Below, piece after piece: positions 34,814-44,300 of a DNA stretch of 64,000 nucleotides. This stretch comes from an uncultured candidatus Brocadiaceae bacterium. Its GTDB lineage: Bacteria; Planctomycetota; UBA11346. The stretch spans positions 1,848-65,847 of the forward strand of contig CAZZAM010000014.1 in NCBI GenBank assembly GCA_964652775.1. Direction: 5' to 3'. The notes beneath the pieces were generated by a model, which saw nothing but the letters and a program-made list of their open reading frames with translations, had not been told where the DNA came from and did not search any database. The translations under genes and the position numbers were made by a program. Positions within the stretch are counted from its first letter, which is position 1. Each line of letters begins with the position of its first letter.

Positions 34814-37771
34814 TTATTTGGCTGTTTTCGGCTCGATTTCCAGGCGCAAACGCAGGGCGTAGGACGTAGTTTCCGCATCGCGGCGAGAAGGACGTCCTAA
34901 GTGGACCGTGTTCGCAGTCGGTATGGTCAGCACCTGACCAGGAGCCAGCGTGTTGGTGTGCAAATCGTTGCGCTCAACGAGGGCCTCGATGGTCGTATTC
35001 TTGGCACGAGCGATCGACACGAGGGTGTCGCCGCGCTGGACGGTGTAAGCTGATTCACCATTCGCTGCTGCTGGCTTCCCTTCAGCGGCTGCTGGTTCGG
35101 CAGGGGGCAACTCCTCAAAGCCGATCCCGGCCGAGATGCGGGCGATGCTGGCCAGCGCGGCGGGAACCTCAGGACCTTCCTTAGCTGCGAAGTCGTTGCC
35201 ATAGACGGTTGATTCCATGGTCAGCCAACGTTCGTTCCACACGTAGTTGCCGCCGCCTGGGCAGGTCAGTCGCGTGCCCCACAGACGTTCGTGCACAGCA
35301 ACCGGATCTTCATTGGGGAACAGGCGCTTCCACTCGTTGAGGATGGCGATGTTGGCGAGTGAACGTTCGCGTAGCCAGCCACTGAGTGAGGTGTGATCCT
35401 CAATGACATTGATGACCGTTTGAATGGCCGCTGGATCAACGCTAAGCGCGGCGTGCGTTCCGGGCCACGGAGTTGGCACGGCCGGTTTGCCAGTGGTGCT
35501 GACTGCGCGAGTCGCCAAGATTCGGTCGATGGCGCGTTGGATGACGGCTTCGTTGGGCGACACGGTCAGTCCCTCGGGCAGCGCAACGTAACCGATCTGC
35601 ATATCTCTGGGTCCCATCATGCCGCGCGCTTGCGCCGCGGGCGAGATCATCACGTAAGGAATGTCCTTCCAGGTGCGTTGGTTCCATTCCGCCATGCCCG
35701 GAGCTGATTGATCAACCATGCCGCGCAGGGCAGTCAGGCACAAGGCCAGCTTGAGCGGATCGGCAACCGACACGTTGAGGCCAAGCGGCAAACGGCTGAT
35801 GTTGTCCTGAACAAAACGTAGGCGTTTGAGACTGCCGGGCACTGCTGCAAGTTCAGCCCAGATAGGATCCGGATCAACGTAGAGCGACGCCGTACGGCCA
35901 ATCCATCCCAGCGGCGAGGTGATACGGCCCAGCGTGCGCCCCACGTTGCGGTCGGCTTCAGCCAGCAGTTCGCCATCGCGATCGATCGCGAGTGCGATCT
36001 GAAAGAGCGCAGCGTGCGGATCACCCGCGCCCGCCTCCAAGCTCGCTGTGCCAACCAGGCGGATCAGTTGACGGTATTCGCTGCCGGCGATCAGCGGAAG
36101 AACGCTGAGATCAACGCTGAGACTGCCGCTCGTACTGCGTCCCAGGCGCACCGCCAACGGATCGAAGTAGTCGCGCCACTGGCTCTGATAGCGTTCATGG
36201 AAGCGCTTGTAGGCGTCGGCTTCGCCCTGGGTGACCGTGGCGAACGCCAGTTCGGCGATTGGCGTCAGAAATGCCACGCTGCCGTATACTGAAGAGCGAA
36301 GGCCATTGCGGCCGACGCTGAGCGTGCCGAGGTCAGTCGGTGCGGACACCGGCTTCCAATCAGGATGAGCGCCATCGGCAACCCATTCGGCCTGCAGCGT
36401 GAGCAGCAATTGCGCTGCACGCATCCGCCGCGAATCGCCAATGCGCCAGCGCGCTGAACACCAACGCCGGATCGTAGCGTCGCTGATCACCGCGAGGGCG
36501 ATCTCGTCGGTTGCGCCACGGGTGTAGCGGCGGCGGAAGAACGACATCTCGGGAGCGGTAGCTAATGCGGGACGACTGCCAGCGCGCACGGCGGCGTAGG
36601 CTTCAAGCTGCACAATAGAGTTGGCGACCACGGCAACGTCTCCATCGATCAGCAGATAGCATGATACCGAGCGATCGTCGCGCACGGCGCCACGCCAGGT
36701 CAAAGTGCCAAGCGTGCCGCTCACGGCCTTGGCCCCAGCCTGGACCAGAAGATCGATCTTAGCGGTCAGGAAAGTTGCCAGCAGCATGGGCTGTTTGGCG
36801 CGAAATAGTAACGCGACATCGGTGCCTGCTTTGAGGAACGGATCCGATCCAGTCATGGCTACCTGATCAACGACCTGCGCGCCGAAGCGCTTGGCGAGTT
36901 CACTCATCTCCAGTCCAAGTTGCCGCTGATAGCGGCGGATCGCGCCAGCTTCATCACTGCGTCCACTGACAGCCAACAACGGCGCACCGAGGAGTCCGTC
37001 AACCCGCGTCATGCCGTCGGCAAGGGCATCAAAAGATGGGAACAATACGGCGTGCTGATCGGATGGGATGCGCGCAGTCAATTCATCCAGTGTCACCGCG
37101 CCGGTGTTGTTGGGCATGCGCTCCCAGGGAACTTCGCGCGTGGTCAGGGTCGGTAGGGTGGCGAGGGCGACGTTGGCATCGCCATCACCGCTGATGCGCA
37201 GTGTGCGGTCAAACTGGAGATTCTCCTCAAACACGGTTGTTCCCGTGAATAGATCGACAGTTTCACCGAGGTCATCGCGCCGCCGCCGATTCGGGTCGGT
37301 TGTGTCGCCGGGTCCGCCTGCCCCCGCACGCACGAGTGACCACCACGCCCGCGAGCCACGGTCGAGCGATTGAGATAACAGATCATTGCGCCGACGCTGC
37401 GTGTTATCGAGTTGCCGATCACACCACTGCCGCTGGGCGGTGCGAAAGGCCACGCCGGCATCGGGCGCTGCCGCCATGGCCGCAGCTGGCACGGTGAACG
37501 CAACGCGGAGTGCTTCCTTCCCGGGCTGGTCGTAGATCGCCAGGAATCCACGGACGTCTTTTCCTGCCGGCATACGGACGAGGAGTGAACGTTTGGCGTC
37601 AGCGCCCTGCACAAACACCTCGCCGCCAGCTATGGTCGCATCCCACGCGGCCTTTTCAGTGGGTAATGTTCCTTCACTGATCGTGAGATCGCTCAGTTTG
37701 AGTTCGCGGACGTACTCATTCGCTGTCAGTGTCGTGCAGAACAGGATGAGGACGATGGCGAGTCTGGTCAT
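34814..37771 (-). CDS. large secreted protein (985 aa) with C-terminal LysM domain
   Basis: Start moved to ATG 37771 (MTRLAIVLILFCTTLTANE, signal peptide). C-terminal LysM: YTVQRGDTLVSIARAKNTTIEALVERNDLHTNTLAPGQVLTIP. The remainder is unassigned. Confidence 0.7.
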   Translation of the reverse strand: MTRLAIVLILFCTTLTANEYVRELKLSDLTISEGTLPTEKAAWDATIAGGEVFVQGADAKRSLLVRMPAGKDVRGFLAIYDQPGKEALRVAFTVPAAAMAAAPDAGVAFRTAQRQWCDRQLDNTQRRRNDLLSQSLDRGSRAWWSLVRAGAGGPGDTTDPNRRRRDDLGETVDLFTGTTVFEENLQFDRTLRISGDGDANVALATLPTLTTREVPWERMPNNTGAVTLDELTARIPSDQHAVLFPSFDALADGMTRVDGLLGAPLLAVSGRSDEAGAIRRYQRQLGLEMSELAKRFGAQVVDQVAMTGSDPFLKAGTDVALLFRAKQPMLLATFLTAKIDLLVQAGAKAVSGTLGTLTWRGAVRDDRSVSCYLLIDGDVAVVANSIVQLEAYAAVRAGSRPALATAPEMSFFRRRYTRGATDEIALAVISDATIRRWCSARWRIGDSRRMRAAQLLLTLQAEWVADGAHPDWKPVSAPTDLGTLSVGRNGLRSSVYGSVAFLTPIAELAFATVTQGEADAYKRFHERYQSQWRDYFDPLAVRLGRSTSGSLSVDLSVLPLIAGSEYRQLIRLVGTASLEAGAGDPHAALFQIALAIDRDGELLAEADRNVGRTLGRITSPLGWIGRTASLYVDPDPIWAELAAVPGSLKRLRFVQDNISRLPLGLNVSVADPLKLALCLTALRGMVDQSAPGMAEWNQRTWKDIPYVMISPAAQARGMMGPRDMQIGYVALPEGLTVSPNEAVIQRAIDRILATRAVSTTGKPAVPTPWPGTHAALSVDPAAIQTVINVIEDHTSLSGWLRERSLANIAILNEWKRLFPNEDPVAVHERLWGTRLTCPGGGNYVWNERWLTMESTVYGNDFAAKEGPEVPAALASIARISAGIGFEELPPAEPAAAEGKPAAANGESAYTVQRGDTLVSIARAKNTTIEALVERNDLHTNTLAPGQVLTIPTANTVHLGRPSRRDAETTSYALRLRLEIEPKTAK

Positions 37772-38151
37772 GTGAACTCCGGGGCGGGCATGTGATCGCT
37801 GCTTCGGCGCGCCGCAAGTGGCCCACCGCATCAATTGCAACAATTCACGGTTGCTGTGCTGCGCTGCCGCACAGGCTGAACGCATGGAGTTAGCAAAAGC
37901 GGAAACCATCTTGCGCGGGTTGAGTGATGATCATCCCTATCCGGCGATGGTCATCGATCGGATCTTGATAGATGTGGAGCGCGCACACGGCCATGCGGCG
38001 GTGAATCACTTGATCACGGCGTGTGCGCTCACCCGCCGTTTCGGTATTCGCAAAGTATGGCCAGACCAAGGCCAAGGTCGCGGAAGCGGGTCGACCTGAT
38101 CGAGGCACGCACGCTGCGTTGGCATGGGCAGCCATTACTGTACGGCAGGTA

Positions 38152-38225
38152 ATGTAGAATGCTCGAATGGCGAAAGAAAATACTCCACGCGCATGGTTTT
38201 TAGTACCCATTCGAGCATTCTACAT
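38152..38225. repeat. hairpin element H (GAATGCT family, short form)
   Basis: A perfect 19-bp inverted repeat, atgtagaatgctcgaatgg (38152-38170) and ccattcgagcattctacat (38207-38225), with a 36-nt loop. It sits in the 539-bp gap between divergent genes. Confidence 0.85.
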
Positions 38226-38310
38226 GCAGTCCCTGTTTCAGACCTGACCTTGACGGCATTGATGGGTAGATGCCACTAGCCACTTGGCAATGCTCGCATA
38301 GCCTTTGTCC

Positions 38311-38919
38311 ATGGTTGCAGGAACAAGCAAAAGCATGGCCTGGGTCGCATTCCTGGGCATCTTGATTCCCCTCGGTATCGGGCTGTGGTTTATGGCACCG
38401 GTGTTCTTGCCCATCTACATGTGGACCAAGGTCGATCTCAAGGCGATCAGCGCAGCCAAGGGGATTCCTGAAACGCAACTAACGACGGAGTTCAAGTTGA
38501 AGGTCCGTTACAATCCACGCGATGGCAAGGAGAGCGATCCCATGCCATGGCAAATCATCGAGATGGAACCGACGTGGGCATCACTGCATCCCAACGATAG
38601 CGATAACGACGAGAATAAAACGCTGGTTCGCTGCACGTTCATCAGCGGCAATGACGGCAAGTCACCGTCGAAGGCATTCATCAATTCCTGGAAGGATTGG
38701 TATTGGACCTGCAAAGCCATCCGCTTGCCCCCTGGTTCGCTCGGATTCAACACGAAGCGACCGGTGGTGATCTATGACTCGACAACCATGACCAAGATGG
38801 ACTTCACCAACACCGATACGACGCATCGCGACATTCTTATGGGCAGCTGGGACAGTGACGACAAGGTGCGCGACTGGCCAGACCGCGACGACGGCTTCGT
38901 GTGGTCGGGCGCGCAGTAG
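38311..38919 (+). CDS. hypothetical membrane-anchored protein
   Basis: One N-terminal TM helix (WVAFLGILIPLGIGLWFMAPVFLPIYMW). No recognised motif. Start is ambiguous among TTG 38305, ATG 38311 and ATG 38335. Confidence 0.45.
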   Translation: MVAGTSKSMAWVAFLGILIPLGIGLWFMAPVFLPIYMWTKVDLKAISAAKGIPETQLTTEFKLKVRYNPRDGKESDPMPWQIIEMEPTWASLHPNDSDNDENKTLVRCTFISGNDGKSPSKAFINSWKDWYWTCKAIRLPPGSLGFNTKRPVVIYDSTTMTKMDFTNTDTTHRDILMGSWDSDDKVRDWPDRDDGFVWSGAQ

Positions 38920-38942
38920 AGCCCGTCCGACCAGTGCGTTGT

Positions 38943-39791
38943 TTAGGCGAGCAGTTCGGTCAAATCCGCTGGCTGATGACGTAGTCCAACAAAGAATGGC
39001 CCGAACTCTGCGTACCAGGCGCTCGCGGGATCATAACGCATCTCGGTGACCAGCTTCTTGAAGACGAGCGGATCATTGGCGTGCAGGCTGACGCCCCACT
39101 CCCAGTCATCGAGGCCGATCGCACCCGTGACGATCTGCAGGACTTGATCGCGATACTGCGCTCCAACTCGACCGTGCGAGCGCATGAAATCGCGGCGTTC
39201 GTCGCCGGTCAATGCGTACCAATTCTTGATCTCGCCCCGGCGCTTACTCATCGGATAGAAGCAGATGTGCGAATGCGAGGGGATCTTGCGGAACAGGCGT
39301 TCCTTGAGGCCTTCGGTGTTCCGTTCAACTTCGGCTTTATAGGCCTCGTTCCAGCTGGCTGATTCTGGCGTGAGTCCACGCGCCATGAGTGACCGCCGTG
39401 CGCCAGCGGTGACTTCGTAAAGTCCGAGCTCGATCACCGACAGGAACGAGTAACTGGGTTTGAGGTAACCGTGCAGGCGCAGGCGGCGGAATGACAGCTC
39501 GACCTCGTCCAGTGCGGCGACGCTTTCTCGGTAGTGCAGGAACAGGAAGTCGGCTTTCTGTCCAACCACCGAATACAGTGCGGTGTCGCCACGCTCAATG
39601 CTGGAATGACGCTCGAACCAGGCCTTGGCCTCATCGATGACGTCATTGCCCTCGTGACAGGCGCGCCATAGCGGCCAGTCAACGACGTAGCAGTCATGGA
39701 GGACGTACCAGCCCTCGCGGGTCTGGGGGATCTCAATCTGGGCTTCACTCATGCGCGGCAGCGTAGTGCTAGGCTCGGCCAGGCCAGTCAT
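38943..39791 (-). CDS. chdC: chlorite-dismutase-family coproheme decarboxylase (ChdC/HemQ-like)
   Basis: ICFYPMSKRRGEIKNWYALTGDERRDFMRSHGRVGAQYRDQVLQIVTGAIGLDDWEWGVSLHANDPLVFKKLVTEMRYDPASAWYAEFGPFFVG. This closely follows the conserved C-terminal half of Firmicute-type HemQ as I recall it. ATG 39752 is an alternative start. Confidence 0.8.
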   Translation of the reverse strand: MTGLAEPSTTLPRMSEAQIEIPQTREGWYVLHDCYVVDWPLWRACHEGNDVIDEAKAWFERHSSIERGDTALYSVVGQKADFLFLHYRESVAALDEVELSFRRLRLHGYLKPSYSFLSVIELGLYEVTAGARRSLMARGLTPESASWNEAYKAEVERNTEGLKERLFRKIPSHSHICFYPMSKRRGEIKNWYALTGDERRDFMRSHGRVGAQYRDQVLQIVTGAIGLDDWEWGVSLHANDPLVFKKLVTEMRYDPASAWYAEFGPFFVGLRHQPADLTELLA

Positions 39792-39885
39792 CGTCAGTTT
39801 GCCTAGCCTTTACCACAGTTGCATCGAGGGTGTTTTCCTCTACGGTTCCGCGCGTCATCCACCGCCAAGCTAGCGAGGAGCAATC

Positions 39886-40647
39886 ATGAGTAATCCCGTC
39901 CTGTCCGAAGAGCGCTGGAGCCAACTCCGCGATGTGAGCAACGTCGGCAGCAACGTCATGACCGTCGATGGCACGGTCACCAAGACCGGTTTCTTGCTCG
40001 TGATCCTGCTTGCCACGGTTGGGCTCATGTGGAACGCGTTTTGGAACGGTGGCGCCATCGACATGAAGGCTGTGATGCCCTGGTTGATCGGTGGTTCGAT
40101 CGGCGGCTTGATTCTCGCCCTTGTCGGCATGTTTGCTCCGCGCTGGGCGATGCTCACCGGCACGCTGTATGCAGTCGCTCAGGGTCTTGTTATTGGCGGC
40201 TTGACGATGTTCTTTGAGTCGATGCCGGCATATCACGGTTTGGCACTGACGGCGGCTGCATTCACCGCCGCGACGTTGATCGGCATGCTGATCCTCTATC
40301 GCACCGGCATCATCAAGGCGACGCCTGGTCTGATCAAAGGCATCATCATGGCGACAGCCGGCCTCATGCTGGGCATCGGCATCTTGTTCCTGCTCAACCT
40401 GTTCGGCATCGGCGGCGGCATCGTGGCCACCCTCTACGGCAACGGCCCGATCGGCATTGGCTTCAGCGTCCTGTGCGTTGGCCTCGCTGCATTCAATCTG
40501 ATCGTCGATTTCCATGTCATTGAAGAAGGCGCCAAACACAACGCGCCGAAGTACATGGAATGGGTCGGCGCCTTTGGCCTGTTGGTGACCCTGGTGTGGC
40601 TCTACATCGAGATCCTGCGTCTGCTCGCCAAGCTGCGTAGCCGCTGA
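39886..40647 (+). CDS. Bax-inhibitor-1/YccA-like multi-pass membrane protein (COG4760-type)
   Basis: GGAG lies 5-8 nt upstream of the ATG. The N-terminus MSNPVLSEERW..VMTVDGTVTKTGFLLVILL is followed by about 7 hydrophobic helices and a C-terminal basic tail, EILRLLAKLRSR. Confidence 0.65.
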   Translation: MSNPVLSEERWSQLRDVSNVGSNVMTVDGTVTKTGFLLVILLATVGLMWNAFWNGGAIDMKAVMPWLIGGSIGGLILALVGMFAPRWAMLTGTLYAVAQGLVIGGLTMFFESMPAYHGLALTAAAFTAATLIGMLILYRTGIIKATPGLIKGIIMATAGLMLGIGILFLLNLFGIGGGIVATLYGNGPIGIGFSVLCVGLAAFNLIVDFHVIEEGAKHNAPKYMEWVGAFGLLVTLVWLYIEILRLLAKLRSR

Positions 40648-40659
40648 CCGACCGCGGTC

Positions 40660-41298
40660 ATGACGTTGCTAAGCGGAGTCGCCATACGATGGACGGCGCT
40701 CTTGGGCGTTCTGTTTCTGGCGTTGGGCTGCGGCAACAGTGAGCCCGCAAAACCGTGGCCGCCCGTGGTTGGTCAACGCTATCCAGATCTGACCGTGCAG
40801 GCACTCGATGGATCTCAGTTCCAGCTCGCACGTTTGGCGGGTAAACCAGTGCTGATTGAACTGGTCGGGATGACCTGTGTCGGCTGCCAAGCATTTCTCG
40901 GCGGCAACAACAAGGGGATCGGTGGTTTCGGAGGTAAACAACCACAGGCAGACCTATCTGCGGTGGACGAGTATCTCAAACAATATGCACGCGGTCTGAC
41001 CAAGGGCGATGCACGTTATACGTCGGTCATTCTCATTCTTTATGGAATGGATGAGGGTGCACCGACGTTGGCTGAGGCCAAGAAATTTGCCGAGCACTTT
41101 GCGTTGACCACGGTGGCGCATCAGCTCGTTCTGATCGGTGACGCCCGTTACATTCGCGACGATTCCCGCAGTCTTATCCCGGGATTTCACCTGCTTGATC
41201 GCGAGTTCATCTTGCGTTCTGACGCTGCTGGAATCCACGCGCCACACCACTATTGGGATCACTCATTTCCACTGCTCGCCACGCTTGTCGGGCAGTGA
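40660..41298 (+). CDS. thioredoxin-fold (TlpA/redoxin-like) lipoprotein
   Basis: Lipobox LFLALGCG. Redox motif in VLIELVGMTCVGCQ (CxxC) at the position expected for TlpA/ResA-type proteins. Confidence 0.55.
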   Translation: MTLLSGVAIRWTALLGVLFLALGCGNSEPAKPWPPVVGQRYPDLTVQALDGSQFQLARLAGKPVLIELVGMTCVGCQAFLGGNNKGIGGFGGKQPQADLSAVDEYLKQYARGLTKGDARYTSVILILYGMDEGAPTLAEAKKFAEHFALTTVAHQLVLIGDARYIRDDSRSLIPGFHLLDREFILRSDAAGIHAPHHYWDHSFPLLATLVGQ

Positions 41299-41390
41299 AC
41301 ATCGGAGTCGGTCGGGAATCGACTCGGTCGGCTGGATCAATTGGGGAACAAGAGGACTTGATGAACCAAAAAAATGGGCGTGTAGAATGA

Positions 41391-44300
41391 TCAGAACAAG
41401 CCCAGACGATACGATAGACGCAGCCACCGTTTACTCATCCAAGCAAGTGGTCCTGGCTGAACGATCAGTTCAAGTGCCCGGACTGCGGCACTGCGCAGAC
41501 TGACATCAGATCCCAGGGTGTATTCATGTCCGGTCAGGGCGTGTCGCCATCTCGTCAGTCGCTGTTCTGGTACTTCGGTCAGGGCCTGAACGAGGCCATG
41601 GATGATCTTAGCGCTAGCGTCCGCGTCCTTTTCCAGTGCGGGTAGCGGGTCGGGAGCCGTGCCACCGAGCGCAGTTTCAAACGCGACCCAACGGCGGTGC
41701 TTGGGTAGTGTCTGATCTTCTGGGTGGGTCTTGGCAAGTTCCAACGCGCGCTGTCCGATGTGTAGAGCCTCGGTCGGTAGACCAATTAAACGTCGGCTTT
41801 CTGCGGCATTCCACAGCATCCATGGCTCCGCATCAGCGCGTTCTTGCCAGTCGCTAGTCCAACTCACCGCATCCTGGGCACGATCAAGTCGCATGTAGGC
41901 ATAGCTGACGGTTCCCCACGATGACGTCGCCGCACGCAAGACGGAGGCGAAGCGTTTAACCGCTGCGGTTACGTCAAACCCGCGCACTGTCTCGGCAGCG
42001 ACTTCAAGATGATGGACGAGTGCTGCGCGTTGTGCCTCAGTGCCGAGCGCGGCGATCCGATCGAGTATGCGTCGGGTCTGCAGGCGATCGACGAAGCCTC
42101 GTGCACGTTTTCGGCTGATGCGGATTGCCCAATGTCCGGCAAGTCCGACTCCGGCGGAAGAGTTACAGGCACGATCAATGATATGCCACGCCTGTTTGGT
42201 CAGGCCGGATTCATCACAAGCTTGCAACGCTCGCGACATGTCAGCAAACGGGCAGTTCGGATCATGAGTCAATGTGGTCAGTGCTTGGGTGGCAGCATCG
42301 CGATCGCCGATCCGTGCGAACGTCACCACCTGCCACGCCTGCGCCCAAGAACCAGGTGCTAATTGCAATAATTGCGCAACCGTAGCGCGTGCTTCATCGT
42401 GCAAACGAAGATCCAGAGCAAGATCCAAGCGCCAGGCCTGGGCAAAGCGGTAATCGTGTTCGATCGCAATCGCTTTGCGGAATGCTTCAATCGCTTCCTG
42501 CTTGTTATTATGCATGGCCTTCGCTTCACCAAGACGCGCCCAGGCGCCGGCATCGGTTGGCATCAGACGGGTCAGTGCCTCGGTTTCTTGCAACGCTTCG
42601 TCGCGGCGATCTAACTCGACCAGCCAGTCGATGAGCAGGCGACGCGCATCAATGGCATTTGGTAATTCGCCAATCAGTTGGCGCAGCATGGTGATACCAG
42701 TGTCCAGCCCAGACATGCGCGACTCAATGAGGGCAAGACGAATCCGCAATTCAACTGGTGGCTTCCCGCCAAAGATCGGCGGATTGCATGCGAGTCTTGC
42801 TTCGACGGTGTTGCCAAGCCGATCCAGTTGTTCGGCCAGGAGGTCGTTACTCTCAAGGTGGTGCGCATCGATAGCCAGTGCAGCGCGCAAGCAGCGCAGT
42901 CGTTCCTCTCCCTGTTTGATCGGATCCAGCAAGCGTGCAAGTGCCAATTGAGCAGCGCGATCGCGCGGACGCCGTTGGGCTAAATCACGGGCAAGTTCAA
43001 GTGCGCGTCCAGGAATTCCCGCGCGATCTTCGTTTTCAGCGAGGCTTCGCCAGGACCACGCATATCCAGGATCAATGCGCAGGGATCGCTCCCATGCGGC
43101 GCACGCTTCAGCAATTTTTCCTGATTTGGCGAGGGCATCGGCGAGCCAGCCATAGTTCAAGGGATCCTGTGGATCTTGCTTGATGATGCGTTGCAGTTCG
43201 GCAAGTGCCTGGGCAGGTTGTCCATTGGCTTCAAGTGCGGCTGCCAGTTGACGAGCCGGAGTTCCCCAGCTTGGTGACAACGCGATTGCGTGACGCAACG
43301 CTGCCATTTCGCCAACGCGATCGCCAAGCTGGTGCAGGCATTGCGCCAACTCCACACGGGCGCGCGGCAAGAGGGGGAATTTCTTGCAGCATTGATCAAG
43401 CAGCACGAGCGCATCGGCGCCACGGCCTAGATCGCGTAACTGCGCTGCTGTGGCGCACCAAGCATGCCATAAATCGGGGCGTGCGGCGAGCGCTTGCTGG
43501 AGGTGGCTCAACAGTTCCTCGGGCGGAACCGTGCCGGTGGCAAAGCGTCGATAGGCGAGCAGTCCATCGCCCATTACCACCTGTCGACGTAATTCATCGT
43601 GGTAGGCGCCTAGAATGTTATGGCGTTCGTGCACATCCCCATGCAGGTCCAACCAGCGGTGAAGTGCATATTCACTGTCAGCATCGATTGCCAGAGCGCG
43701 GCGATAGGCGGCGCCCGCAGCCACGCGATCATTGCGCGCGCGAGCAACATCGCCGGTGAGGTTCCAAGTTCCTAGATCGCGATCAGCCAGAGCTTGAGCG
43801 CGTTGAGCATCGGCCAAGGCACCGTTGATGTGAGCGAGCGAGAGGCGCAGAAATCCACGTTGGCGAATCCACCATGCGTCGTCCGGACGCATGCGGATCT
43901 GTTCGTCGGCGTGCTGTTCAGCGGCTATCGGGTCGTCAGCGCGCAGCCAGTCGCTGAACGCCATCGCGAGTTCGCGACTCCACGGTAACAATTTCGACGC
44001 TTCCCGTAGGACAGCAACCGCAGCCGGTGGTCCATCGCGATCGGCCCGCAATCGCGCTATGCTGCGATGCAGGTCGGCAGCGTATGGCTCGCTGGCGGAC
44101 GCTTCCTCAAGCAGGCGCAGCGACTCGTCACGCTCACCGAGCATTTCTTGGATTGATGCGGCACCACGCAGCCACTCGCCCCGGTGTACACGGCCGTCGG
44201 CCTTGGTTAGGTGATGGCGCGCTGCGTCTGGATCGCTGATTGCTCGGCGTCGTGCCAGGAGCATGTGCAGCGATCCATCGTCGGGTGCAGCGGTAAGTGC

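Noticed and set aside
37884-38099. 72-codon ORF (MELAKAETILRGLSDDHPYPAMVIDRILIDVERAHGH...) in the 539-bp gap upstream of the LysM protein gene.
   Set aside because: There is no SD and no recognisable motif. An equally long ORF overlaps it on the other strand (37890..38210). It could be a real small protein, but I cannot support it from sequence alone.
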